A DNA stretch of 64,000 nucleotides from the NCBI GenBank assembly GCA_025359505.1, contig JANYHH010000035.1, positions 21,966-85,965 on the forward strand, written 5' to 3'. The position numbers and the translations under genes are program-made. The notes below the pieces were generated by a model. It saw only the letters and a program-made list of their open reading frames with translations. It was not told the origin of the DNA and searched no databases. Of this stretch, positions 1-8,866 are shown piece after piece (position 1 is the stretch's first letter; the number at the start of each line of letters is the position of its first letter). Origin of the DNA: Deinococcales bacterium (lineage in GTDB: Bacteria; Deinococcota; Deinococci; Deinococcales; JAAFIG01).

Positions 1-2879
1 CCACATCACCACCGCCCGCAATCGCCTCCAGCAGCTTCGCGTCGCGTGACACGCGCACGGCGGCGAGGCGGACTCGAGGGCGGGCGTCTGCGATCAGAAA
101 ATCGAGTTTGAAGCTCGGGTCAATGCTGGCAAGTGCAGCAATGGCGGCGGCGGCAATCGCTTCTCTCGGGTCGTCCAGATGCGGGCGCAGCGTCTCGAAG
201 CTCGCCCCCCAGCGGCACAGCACCTCGAGCGCTCGTGGGAGCTGAGTTTCGGGCAAGCCATCCAGCGCAGCCTCGAGCAATCCGGGGTCAGCCTGCCCGC
301 CCTGCGCGGCCAGCTCGAGCAATTCGGCGGCACTGGTCAAGCTAGCTTTCACTGGCGCGGCTCGAGTAGTTTGCACGGTATTTCGAGTTGCGGCGGCTCG
401 AGTCGGCACGGTGTCTGGCTCAAGCTGCTTGGCTTTGCCTTGATCCTCGAGTGGCTGCCCCTCCAAAGATTTGCCCTCGAGCGAGAGCGCTGCAATGATG
501 CCCGCGCCGTGCTTGGTGACACGCTGTTGGTTCCAACCTGACAACTCGAGCAGGTCGCCTGCGGTTTTCGGCTGTGCCTTCACAACCGCCAGCAGTTCTG
601 TATTGCTGAACTCATCCCCCAGTGGTTCATCCACGTCGCGCAGGTTGTTCTGCTGATGACGGTAACTTTTCAGCGCCCCAATCTGTGCGATGCGCGTCAT
701 CGGTGGCATTCGCGTCACGGCGGCAGGATTGAGCAGCGCGATGATTTCCGCGCCGAACTTCTGGAGTTTCTGCGCCCCGACGCCCGGCGCGAGCAGCAGC
801 TCCTCGAGATTCTGCGGGTTCTGACTCGCCACGCCGCGCAGCACGCCGTCGTTGATGATCGTGCTGGGTGAAACGCGGTCTCTGGCGGCGCGGTGCTCGC
901 GCCACAGGGTCAATTGCGTCTCGAGATCGGATTCTGGCGCGGCCACGGCTCGAGTGGAACTGGTCATTCCACCGCCGATGATCTCGAGCAGATCAGCGCC
1001 GTACTTATCAACTTTGCCTTGACCAATGCCGTTCACCTCGAGCAGCGCCTCGGTGGATGTCGGGCGACGCTCCAAGAGTTCCTGCAAGCTCTTGTCCGAG
1101 AACACGACATACGGCGGCACGCTGTCGCGCTTGGCGCGATCCGTGCGGTACGAGCGCAGCCGCATCTCGAGATCACCCGCGCCACTCGAGTTTGGCGACG
1201 CTGCGCCTGAGCTTGTCACACTCCCCGAGCCTGCCACGACCAATCCCGCCTCGAGTTGCAACGAACCCTCCCTGAGCAGCTTGTCGAGCGCGGCGCTGAC
1301 CGTGATGCGTCCCGCGTCGCGCAAAGCCCCGTACAACGGGTCGCGCATCAAGCCCGCTGCCTCGAGCGTGTTGGACTCCGCGCCCGTGACGAATTTAATC
1401 AGTTTGTCGCGTGACAGTCGCTGACCCCTTGTGGCTGCCAGCAACGCATTGCTGACCAGCGCCGCACCGCGATTGGCTTTCGGCGCTCGAGCTTTGACGG
1501 CTGACAGCCCGCCGATGTTGCCGAGGCTCGGGTCGCAAGCGTCGCACTTGCCGCACGGCGGCAGGCGCTCACCGAAATGCCCGACCAGAAACGCCCTCCG
1601 GCACGCGCTCGTCTCGGCGTAGCCGACGACTTTCTCCAGCGCCACACCCTCGAGCCTGCGCCGCGTGTGAAGCTTGGTGTAATCGACTTGCTTCTTGGCG
1701 TTGACGACCCGAAACGCGCCGCCGTCGCTCTGCAAATTGCCGTTCTCGAGCAATAGTTTCACGGCGACGTTGACAGGCGTGCTGTTGAAGCCCCCCAAGC
1801 GCCCGATCACGTCGCCAGCCGTGCCCGGCGCATCCTCGAGCGAGCGCAGGACTTTACGCACCAGTTGCTCCTCGGGGTAGTTCATTTCCATCAATCGCTT
1901 GCGGGTGATTAAATCCGACAAGCTGTACAGCAGCGCCGCGTGCGCCTCAAAGCCGTCGCGCCCAGCGCGTCCCGCCTCTTGGTAGTACGCCTCCAACGTG
2001 CTGGGCATCGCGTAATGCACGACCAGCCGCACGTCCGGCTTGTCAATGCCCATGCCGAAGGCGACGGTCGCTACCAAACACTCGGTTTGACCAGATAAAA
2101 ACCTGTCCTGCACGGCTGAGCGCTGCTTATCGGGCAGCCCAGCGTGGTACGCCTCGACGCCCAAATACTGCGCGACTTCCTCGGTGCTTTTGCGCGTGGC
2201 GCAGTAGACAATGCACGACCCCGGATGCGCGGCCCGCAGCCCATGCAGCGCCTCGAGCTTCTGCGCTTTCGTGACCGTGTGAGCACTGAAGGTCAGGTTG
2301 CGACGATCGAAACTACCGACCTGCACCAGCGGATCGCGCAGCAGCACCTTGGCGATTTCCTCGCGCACCTTCGGCGTGGCGGTCGCCGTCAGCGCTAAAC
2401 GCGGCGCGGTAATTCCCGACAGCAAATCTCCCAGCAGCAAATAATCGGGTCTGAAATCGTGCCCCCACTGCGACACGCAGTGCGCCTCGTCCACCACGAC
2501 CAGATCAGCTCGCTCGAGCAGACTGCGTGAAGCCCGCGCCCGCTCCGGCGCGATGTAAATCAGTTTGTACTCCCCCGCGTGAATGCCGCGCCACGCGGTC
2601 GTGGACTGCGCTTCACTCAGGCTCGAGGCGAGATACGTCGCGGGCACACCCTTGCGGTTCAGCGCATCCACCTGATCCTTCATCAGCGCGATCAGCGGGC
2701 TAATCACGACTGTCGTCCCGCTCATCAGCGTCGCAGGCAACTGATACGTCAACGACTTGCCGCCGCCCGTCGGCAGCACCGTCAAGCAATCGCGCCCTGA
2801 TAGCACGGCCTGCACGGTCTCGAGCTGCAACGTCCTGAACCCCGCGTGCCCGAAGCGCTTCAATGCCGCCTCGAGCATT
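1..2879 (-). pseudogene. recQ: ATP-dependent DNA helicase RecQ (helicase core, Zn/RQC region, three HRDC-like segments, extra C-terminal HEAT-like tail). The frame is broken by one extra base inside the Walker A codons, and the 3' end runs off the window.
   Basis: Own minus-strand translation. ATG at 2879 gives [40 protein letters not shown], then GQVVDV... and TAG at 2702-2700. Shifting one base restores [10 protein letters not shown]...[20 protein letters not shown]...[19 protein letters not shown] plus three HRDC-like blocks, open to position 1. It is absent from the ORF track because it is split and reaches the window edge. Confidence 0.8.
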
Positions 2880-2987
2880 GCGGGGGTGGGATGTTCGGTG
2901 TTCACAAAATGATTCAACCAGATTTCGCTAGAAAACGCGAATGCTGCGACTCAATCGCTCGAGCCTCGAGACGCTGTAGATTTTTCG

Positions 2988-3116
2988 CCTCTCCCTGCGG
3001 GTGAGGGGGTGAGCGCAGCGAATGCACTTGACTTCGACCTTGACGTTCAAGGGCAACTCGCTGCGCTCGCCCCCCTCACCCGCCTGCGGCGGCCTCTCCC
3101 ACGGCGGGGAGAGGCG
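2988..3116. repeat. Nested palindromic (REP/MITE-like) element: a ~23-bp imperfect stem (3000-3022 / 3059-3082) followed by a second hairpin (3093-3116)
   Basis: gggtgagggggtgagcgcagcga pairs with tcgctgcgctcgcccccctcaccc. gcctctccc/gggagaggc forms the second hairpin. The element lies between the recQ start and the UbiD-family stop. Confidence 0.6.
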
Positions 3117-4980
3117 ATAAGACCGTGCCAGCCTCGAGCGTCGGTTTGTGACCCGTCGGTGACTCGAGCTGCGGGCCCGGAATGCCGTAACGCGGCCATT
3201 TCTCGTCCACGAGCACGACGGTTTTCTTGTCCATGACGATCTTGTCCGGCCACGCTCTGGTAAAGCCCTCAGCGGCGATTTTGCGCGTGCCGTCCAGCAC
3301 CAGCACGGGCCCTGTCGGGCCGGATACGATTGCACCGTCGCGCTCCGGGTCGATGTTGTTTAAGAGCGTCCAGAACGCATCTTCGGGATCGCTCGAGTCG
3401 GTTAGTTCGTCCAGCAGCGCAATCAGGCGAATGCCAGATGCAGCGCTCGAGACCGCTAATTCTCGCCCGATCTCGAGTCCCAGCCCGCCGCGTGTTTTGG
3501 CAACGCTGACGAACCAGATTCCGCCGCCCGCTTGGGATTGGTTGACGATCCCCTCGAGCTGCGGAAGTTCGTGATCCGCTCGAGGTGGCGCGGCCTGCCA
3601 CGCGCTCGAGTCGCCCTCCTCCCAGCTTTTCTGCGTCCCATCAATGATGAGCTTAGAGCCGTAACTGAAACTGCGGCTCGAGTGATCCAATACATCGGTC
3701 GGGCCCTTGGTGAAGACCGTATCTCGCCCCGGCACGCAGTTTTTGAGCGCCTGCCGCCAGAACTCGAGGTTGTCCTGCGGTGGCACGCCCCCCGCGTCGC
3801 AGACCACGGCGACCTTGGTGAACATCGCCTGCCCCAACCCGAACATGCCGTTGGCGACCTTGTACGCGTGCCCGGGATACTGTTTTTTAATCGTCACATT
3901 GACCAAGTTGTGCGCGATGCCGCACGGCGGCAAGTGGTAATCGAATATCTCAGGCAGGATCAATTGCGCGGGCACGAGGAAAATCCGCTCGGTGGTCTCG
4001 ATCAGGTACGCGTCCTCCATCGGCGGGCGGCCGACAATCGTCGCGGGGTAAATCGCGTTTTTTCGCATGGTGACGGCCGTGACGTGAAACAGCGGGTACT
4101 GATCCTCCAAAGTGTAAAAGCCCGTGTGATCCCCAAACGGCCCTTCCACGACCCAAGGTTCGTTCGGGTCAATGTAACCCTCGAGAATAAATTCAGCATC
4201 CGCCGGAACCTCGAGCGAAACTGTGACGCCTTTCACGACATCTTGGCGCTTGTGGCGCAAAAAACCCGTCAGGCTGTACTCGTTAATGCCCGGCACGGGC
4301 GGGATCGGCGCGGTCGCCGCGTAGATCAGCGCTGGATCGCCGCCTATTGCCACGGCCACCTCGAGCCGTTTGCCGAGCTTCTTGGCTTTCTCCAAGTGCC
4401 GCGCCCCAGTTTTGTGGCGCTGCCAGTGCATGCCTGTGGTGTTTTTAGACATGACTTGCATGCGGTACATGCCCATGTTGAACTCGCCCGTTTCGGGGTC
4501 ATTGGTGATGACCAGCGGCAAGGTCACGAACGGCCCGCCATCTTGCGGCCAGCAGTTCAGCACGGGAATTTTAGACAAGTCCACCGCGTCCCCGCGCCAG
4601 ATCACTTCCTGCACGGGAGCGGATTTCACGCGGCGCGGCGGCAGGTTCGCCAGTTCCTTGAGTTTTGGCAGGTTGGACGCCAAGCCCAGAATCCCACCGC
4701 CAAGCTTGATGTCCAGCAGCTTGCGAAGGCGATTCGGGATGTCCTCGAGATCATCCACCCCGAGTGCCCACGCCATGCGCTGCCGCGTGCCCATCAAGCC
4801 GATTACGACGGGAAAGTCTTTACCTGTAACGTTCTCAAACAGCAGCGCTGGCCCGCCCGCTTTCATCACGCGATCCGCGATTTCAGTAATCTCGAGGTCA
4901 CTGGTCACGGCTTCAGTGATCCGCACGAGCTGGTTTTTTTCCTCTAAGAACTTCACGAATGCCTGCACGTCAGCGAACAT
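3076..4980 (-). CDS. UbiD-family (de)carboxylase (menaquinone/ubiquinone-type prenyl-FMN-dependent decarboxylase)
   Basis: ORF track 3076..5073. The family-typical N-terminus MFADVQAFVKFLEEKNQLVRITE starts at ATG 4980. UbiD-like blocks are present: GGPALLFENV, MHWQRHKTGARH, GGDPA, GPFGDHTGFY. The last ~20 codons are encoded by the palindromic element. Confidence 0.85.
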   Translation of the reverse strand: MFADVQAFVKFLEEKNQLVRITEAVTSDLEITEIADRVMKAGGPALLFENVTGKDFPVVIGLMGTRQRMAWALGVDDLEDIPNRLRKLLDIKLGGGILGLASNLPKLKELANLPPRRVKSAPVQEVIWRGDAVDLSKIPVLNCWPQDGGPFVTLPLVITNDPETGEFNMGMYRMQVMSKNTTGMHWQRHKTGARHLEKAKKLGKRLEVAVAIGGDPALIYAATAPIPPVPGINEYSLTGFLRHKRQDVVKGVTVSLEVPADAEFILEGYIDPNEPWVVEGPFGDHTGFYTLEDQYPLFHVTAVTMRKNAIYPATIVGRPPMEDAYLIETTERIFLVPAQLILPEIFDYHLPPCGIAHNLVNVTIKKQYPGHAYKVANGMFGLGQAMFTKVAVVCDAGGVPPQDNLEFWRQALKNCVPGRDTVFTKGPTDVLDHSSRSFSYGSKLIIDGTQKSWEEGDSSAWQAAPPRADHELPQLEGIVNQSQAGGGIWFVSVAKTRGGLGLEIGRELAVSSAASGIRLIALLDELTDSSDPEDAFWTLLNNIDPERDGAIVSGPTGPVLVLDGTRKIAAEGFTRAWPDKIVMDKKTVVLVDEKWPRYGIPGPQLESPTGHKPTLEAGTVLSPLPAVGEAAAGG

Positions 4981-5087
4981 GATTCGCACTCTAGGCTCGA
5001 GGGCGCGGGTCGGGGTAGGGGCGTTCGTATGCCCTCGAGTGACGAACTTGTCAGCCGCAGCACACAAATGCACCTCGAGCCGCCGCT

Positions 5088-6239
5088 TTGACCGCTAGAA
5101 TCGCGGGTGTGACCGCCCTCATCCTCGTGTTCTCGTTCGTTCTGGGCGCATTGGTGGGTTCGTTCACCAACGTGCTGATCTACCGCTTGCCGCGCAAGGA
5201 GAACATCGCCTTCCCGCCGAGCCACTGCCCGCACTGCGATCACCGCTTGGGCGTGCTGGATTTATTCCCGATTCTTTCGTGGTTGTACCTGCGCGGCAAA
5301 TGCCGCTACTGCGCCAAACCGATCAAAGCCCGCTACCCGATCGTGGAACTCATCACCGCCATCGCGTACACGGCAATAGCGTACCGCTTTGACCCGATCC
5401 TCGAGCCGCTGCTGACGGTTGGCTACTGGTTTCTGTTCACGATCCTGCTGGCGGGCAGCGCGATTGATTTTGAAACCTTTGAACTCCCAGATGAGTTGAC
5501 GATTCCCGCGATCTTCGTCGGGCTAGGCATCGCCGCCTTGATCGGCACGTTCCCAGCGGCGCTCGAGGGCGCACTGATCGGCGCTGGACTGATCGGCGCG
5601 ATCAGCGCTTACGGGATGTGGGTGCTGCGGCGATTCCGTGAGCCGCGCCATCCAGATCTGCCACTTGGGTATTTGAACATTCACCTCGCCGCACTCGTAG
5701 GCGCGTGGTTCGGCTGGCCGCTCGGGCTGGCTGCTGGGCTGGCGCTCGGCGCGTACCAACTGATCTTCAAACGCACGTTGCCGCTGCTGGACACAATTTC
5801 GCTCGGCGGCTTGATCGTCACGCTCGCCATCAAAGCAATGAATGGCGGTTTGCCCGACCTCATCACCAGCCTCTCGAGCGGCTTGCAGGGCATGGGCGCG
5901 ATGGCGATTGTCGTTGGCGTCTATTGGTGGCTCGCGCCGCTGATTTCCAGTGATACCGCCCCTGACGACACGCCCGAGGAAGACCTCGACCCGCTGGCGA
6001 TGGGCTTTGGCGATGTCAAACTCTGGGCAGCCTGCGGCGCGTTCATCGGCTGGCAAGGAGCATTGTTCGGCTTGGCAGCGGCCGTGGTCGTCGGCGCGAT
6101 CATCGGCGTGATTGCGTTACTGCGCGGCGGCTCGAGACAGATTCCGTTCGGGCCGTACCTCGCATTGGGGGCGCTCGTGGCGCTGTTCACGGGCAGTAGT
6201 CCGCTGCTCGAGTACCTGCGCGGGTTGGGATTGTTGTGA
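5088..6239 (+). CDS. pilD: Prepilin (type IV leader) peptidase, A24 family
   Basis: TTG start in ORF track. Zn-finger pair CPHCDHRL...CRYCAKPI, several TM helices, and the GFGDVKL aspartate motif. Confidence 0.85.
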   Translation: MTARIAGVTALILVFSFVLGALVGSFTNVLIYRLPRKENIAFPPSHCPHCDHRLGVLDLFPILSWLYLRGKCRYCAKPIKARYPIVELITAIAYTAIAYRFDPILEPLLTVGYWFLFTILLAGSAIDFETFELPDELTIPAIFVGLGIAALIGTFPAALEGALIGAGLIGAISAYGMWVLRRFREPRHPDLPLGYLNIHLAALVGAWFGWPLGLAAGLALGAYQLIFKRTLPLLDTISLGGLIVTLAIKAMNGGLPDLITSLSSGLQGMGAMAIVVGVYWWLAPLISSDTAPDDTPEEDLDPLAMGFGDVKLWAACGAFIGWQGALFGLAAAVVVGAIIGVIALLRGGSRQIPFGPYLALGALVALFTGSSPLLEYLRGLGLL

Positions 6240-6357
6240 TGGCTCGAGGGGTGAGTGGTGAAGCCCAAGCTCTCGAGACGGGGCGCTAAGGTGGAGCAGC
6301 CGAACGCGACTGCGTAAAGTTTGAGTGGGTGAGGCTCGAGGGAAACTGTTTTAAATG

Positions 6358-6425
6358 GTTCCCCTCGAACTTTTTGATAGACCTGTATTCTGGACTGCCA
6401 TCAGTTTGAAGACAGGTTCAAGGCA
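6358..6425 (+). repeat. Copy A of a ~70-nt dispersed direct repeat (partner at 8319-8385)
   Basis: The core cctgtattctggactgccatcagtttgaagacaggttcaagg matches cttgtattctggactaccattagtctgtggacagtttcaagc at 8343-8384, at roughly 75-80% identity by eye. Confidence 0.6.
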
Positions 6426-6643
6426 TACGGTTAGGCGAGTGAAGCGAAATCCAAAACTCAAAAGCGTTGAGTTCAGGCGTAGTTACATTAAGCGTCTCAA
6501 TCGAAGGCGTTCAGTTCTGGCACGGTTCTACTCACCTATCAGCCGTCTCGAGCGTTGGGTGATCCCGGCTCGCTGCGAAACCTAAAAACCTGATGCTGTG
6601 GCCTCAATGGAATTTTCGATTAGCCCACAGCAGAGGAGCCATC

Positions 6644-7045
6644 GTGTTTGAACTCAAATTTTTAGCCATCCTCACTGCCGCAGTCGTCGTCTTCGTGGTG
6701 AGTACGGTTTGGTACATGGTGTTCGCGTCTGCACGAGGTTCCCTGACGCCGAGTGTTAATGCGACGCAGGCCAGCGCTCGTCCGCCACTCTGGAAAGTGA
6801 TCCTCGAGATCCTCCGTAGCCTCTTGTTGGCGTCCGTCTTGGCGGGACTCGCCAATCGTCTCGGAATCAAGGACGTATGGAGCGCGGTGTCGCTTGGACT
6901 GATACTGTGGATCGGATTTCCGTTCATCCTTCTGTCGGGATCCGTGATTTGGGACAACATCCCTTGGAAAATCGCAGCGATTCACGCAGGCGACTGGTTC
7001 CTAAAGCTCGTCATCATTTCGATCACCGTCGGACTGTGGCATTGA
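6644..7045 (+). CDS. Small 4-TM membrane protein (DUF1761-like, from memory)
   Basis: ORF track 6593..7045. The in-frame GTG at 6644 is preceded by GAGGAG. Hydrophobic helices run throughout. Confidence 0.55.
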   Translation: MFELKFLAILTAAVVVFVVSTVWYMVFASARGSLTPSVNATQASARPPLWKVILEILRSLLLASVLAGLANRLGIKDVWSAVSLGLILWIGFPFILLSGSVIWDNIPWKIAAIHAGDWFLKLVIISITVGLWH

Positions 7046-7067
7046 TCAAACCGGAGAGGATAAAGCT

Positions 7068-7484
7068 ATGAATCCAAAAGACAAGGTTCACGTCAACTTT
7101 GATCCGCGTGTTGACGCTTATATTGAGGGTCTCCCCGATTGGCAACAGGCGATCTGCCGTGAAGTGCGCGAACTGGTACACGCCGCCGATCCGCAGGTGA
7201 GCGAAATGATCAAGCGCACGACCCAGCCCTACTTCGTGTTGGAGGGCAATATTTGTGCATTGCTGGCCGCCAAAAATCACGTCAATATATTCCTTTATGA
7301 TGGCGCAATCGTTCCAGACCCCGAGGGGATCATCACTGCTGGACACAGCAACCAAACCGCCCGCACCGTGTCCTTCCATAATGGCGAGACCCTCAATGCG
7401 CGTGCTCTGGAGGCGATGTTCAAGCAAATCATTGCCAACAATCGCGCTGGCGGCTGGCGAAAATTGAAACGCGAATCGTCGTAG
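7068..7484 (+). CDS. DUF1801 (YdhG-like) domain protein
   Basis: 138-aa ORF. The pattern VDAYIEGLPDWQQAICREVRELV...KRTTQPYFVLEGNICAL..KNHVNIFLYDGA is typical of YdhG/DUF1801 proteins. Confidence 0.65.
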   Translation: MNPKDKVHVNFDPRVDAYIEGLPDWQQAICREVRELVHAADPQVSEMIKRTTQPYFVLEGNICALLAAKNHVNIFLYDGAIVPDPEGIITAGHSNQTARTVSFHNGETLNARALEAMFKQIIANNRAGGWRKLKRESS

Positions 7485-7633
7485 CACGGAATCACTACGA
7501 TGTGCGCTCGGCGCGGGCGTGGGCACGTCGCTCGAGGTGGCGGAAGAGCGCCGTTACGAGCCAAAGAACCGAAGTGTGAACGCAGGCTCGAGCATGTGCT
7601 GACAAAGCGAAGCTCGAGGTAAAGGGGGATTTA

Positions 7634-8257
7634 ATGAATGAGGCAGCCAAACATTCCGCCTTGGTGTCTGCGCTGACCACCGAACACTTCGTGCTGCAAA
7701 CTGCCTCAAGTTCCACCATCTCTGAAGCTTCTGCGCGAAGCTCGCTGTACATTCTGTCGTTGTCCAGTTCGTTGGTTGCCATCGGGTTCATGTCCCAGTC
7801 GCCCGAAATGCTGCTGCCTTTCGTTGCCGTGGTGTTGCCCGTGCTGCTCCTGCTTGGCTTGTTCACCGTCATTCGGCTCGTGGACACTACGGTAGAGAAC
7901 TTGCAGTACCTCGTCGGTATCGCCCGGATTCGAGGGTACTACCGCTCGCTCTCGCCCGAAGCCGAGCCATATTTCTCGGTCAATACAGGCAGGTGGCCGG
8001 AGGCTAAAATAGTTCCGTCCCAAAGCTTAGGTGCGTCTATCGGGCAATTCGGCACGACCGCCACGATGATTGCTTTCGTCAACAGCGTCGTCGCTGGGGT
8101 GGCTGTGACGCTGGCAGTCAAAACGCTTTTGGGTAACGGATACATGACGGTCGCGTTGTTTTGCGGTGGCGTCTCGGTAATCCTGCTAATGATTGCATTT
8201 ACGTTCTATCAGCGCTGGCGGTTTATCAGCATCGGTTCCGCCATGCAACCCTTGTAG
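7634..8257 (+). CDS. Hypothetical integral membrane protein
   Basis: 207-aa ORF with about 4 predicted TM segments. No recognisable motif. Confidence 0.5.
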   Translation: MNEAAKHSALVSALTTEHFVLQTASSSTISEASARSSLYILSLSSSLVAIGFMSQSPEMLLPFVAVVLPVLLLLGLFTVIRLVDTTVENLQYLVGIARIRGYYRSLSPEAEPYFSVNTGRWPEAKIVPSQSLGASIGQFGTTATMIAFVNSVVAGVAVTLAVKTLLGNGYMTVALFCGGVSVILLMIAFTFYQRWRFISIGSAMQPL

Positions 8258-8318
8258 TTAATGCGTGCCAAACGGGATGAATAGCTGAAACAATAGTGGG
8301 CACGTATCACCAAGAAAC

Positions 8319-8385
8319 GTTCCTCGAGCTTTTGGTATGAAACTTGTATTCTGGACTACCATTAGTCTGTGGACAGTTTCAAGCG
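8319..8385 (+). repeat. Copy B of the ~70-nt dispersed direct repeat (partner at 6358-6425)
   Basis: See copy A. Both copies have the same orientation and bracket the three genes at 6644-8257. Confidence 0.6.
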
Positions 8386-8519
8386 TGTAGCGTAGGGCGG
8401 GCTGTGCCTACCGCAAAGCCACCGCTCCCGCTCGAGCGCTGATTTTACCCCGCCAAGCCGCTCTAGGTGAACGGCAAGAAATCTACTTTATTCGATGCGA
8501 CAAAAAAGTTGCTCGAGAC

Positions 8520-8638
8520 GCCACTCTCATCCCCAACCCTTCTCTCGCCAGCGAGAGAAGGGAGCCGCATTGCACAAAGTTTCGCCCTCTTTCGTGAAAC
8601 GAGAGAGGGCCGACGCGCAGCGGCGGGGTGAGAGTGGC
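8520..8638. repeat. Nested palindromic element: an outer stem enclosing two internal hairpins (REP/MITE-like, or a structured RNA)
   Basis: Outer arms are gccactctcatcccc (8520-8534) and ggggtgagagtggc (8625-8638). There is a perfect 12-bp palindrome cccttctctcgc/gcgagagaaggg (8537-8562). A second hairpin is gccctctttcg/cgagagagggc (8584-8610). Confidence 0.6.
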
Positions 8639-8866
8639 CACCAACGAAATCGAATCCACGTGTCAGAGACGCGTAATCGCTTAAACTGATGCGAATGGGC
8701 GATCCTTGTGATCGCCCGTCCCGACAGGTCAACGCCGCATAGACCCTCGAGCATCAAGCTCTGATGTGGCTCGAGCCGCCTGACAATCGCCGTCATCAAC
8801 AAACCCCGGCTCGAGAGCGCTGACCAGTACCGATCCCTCGAGCCGCGACGCGGTAGGCTGCCGCTT

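Noticed and set aside
3532-4947. 471-aa plus-strand ORF
   Set aside because: It is antisense to the UbiD-family gene and Arg-rich, with no motifs. It is a shadow ORF.
8640-8720. Possible tRNA (tcgaatcc-like T-loop string and a gggcgatc/gatcgccc hairpin)
   Set aside because: I could not build an acceptor stem, anticodon arm or overall cloverleaf from the flanking sequence.
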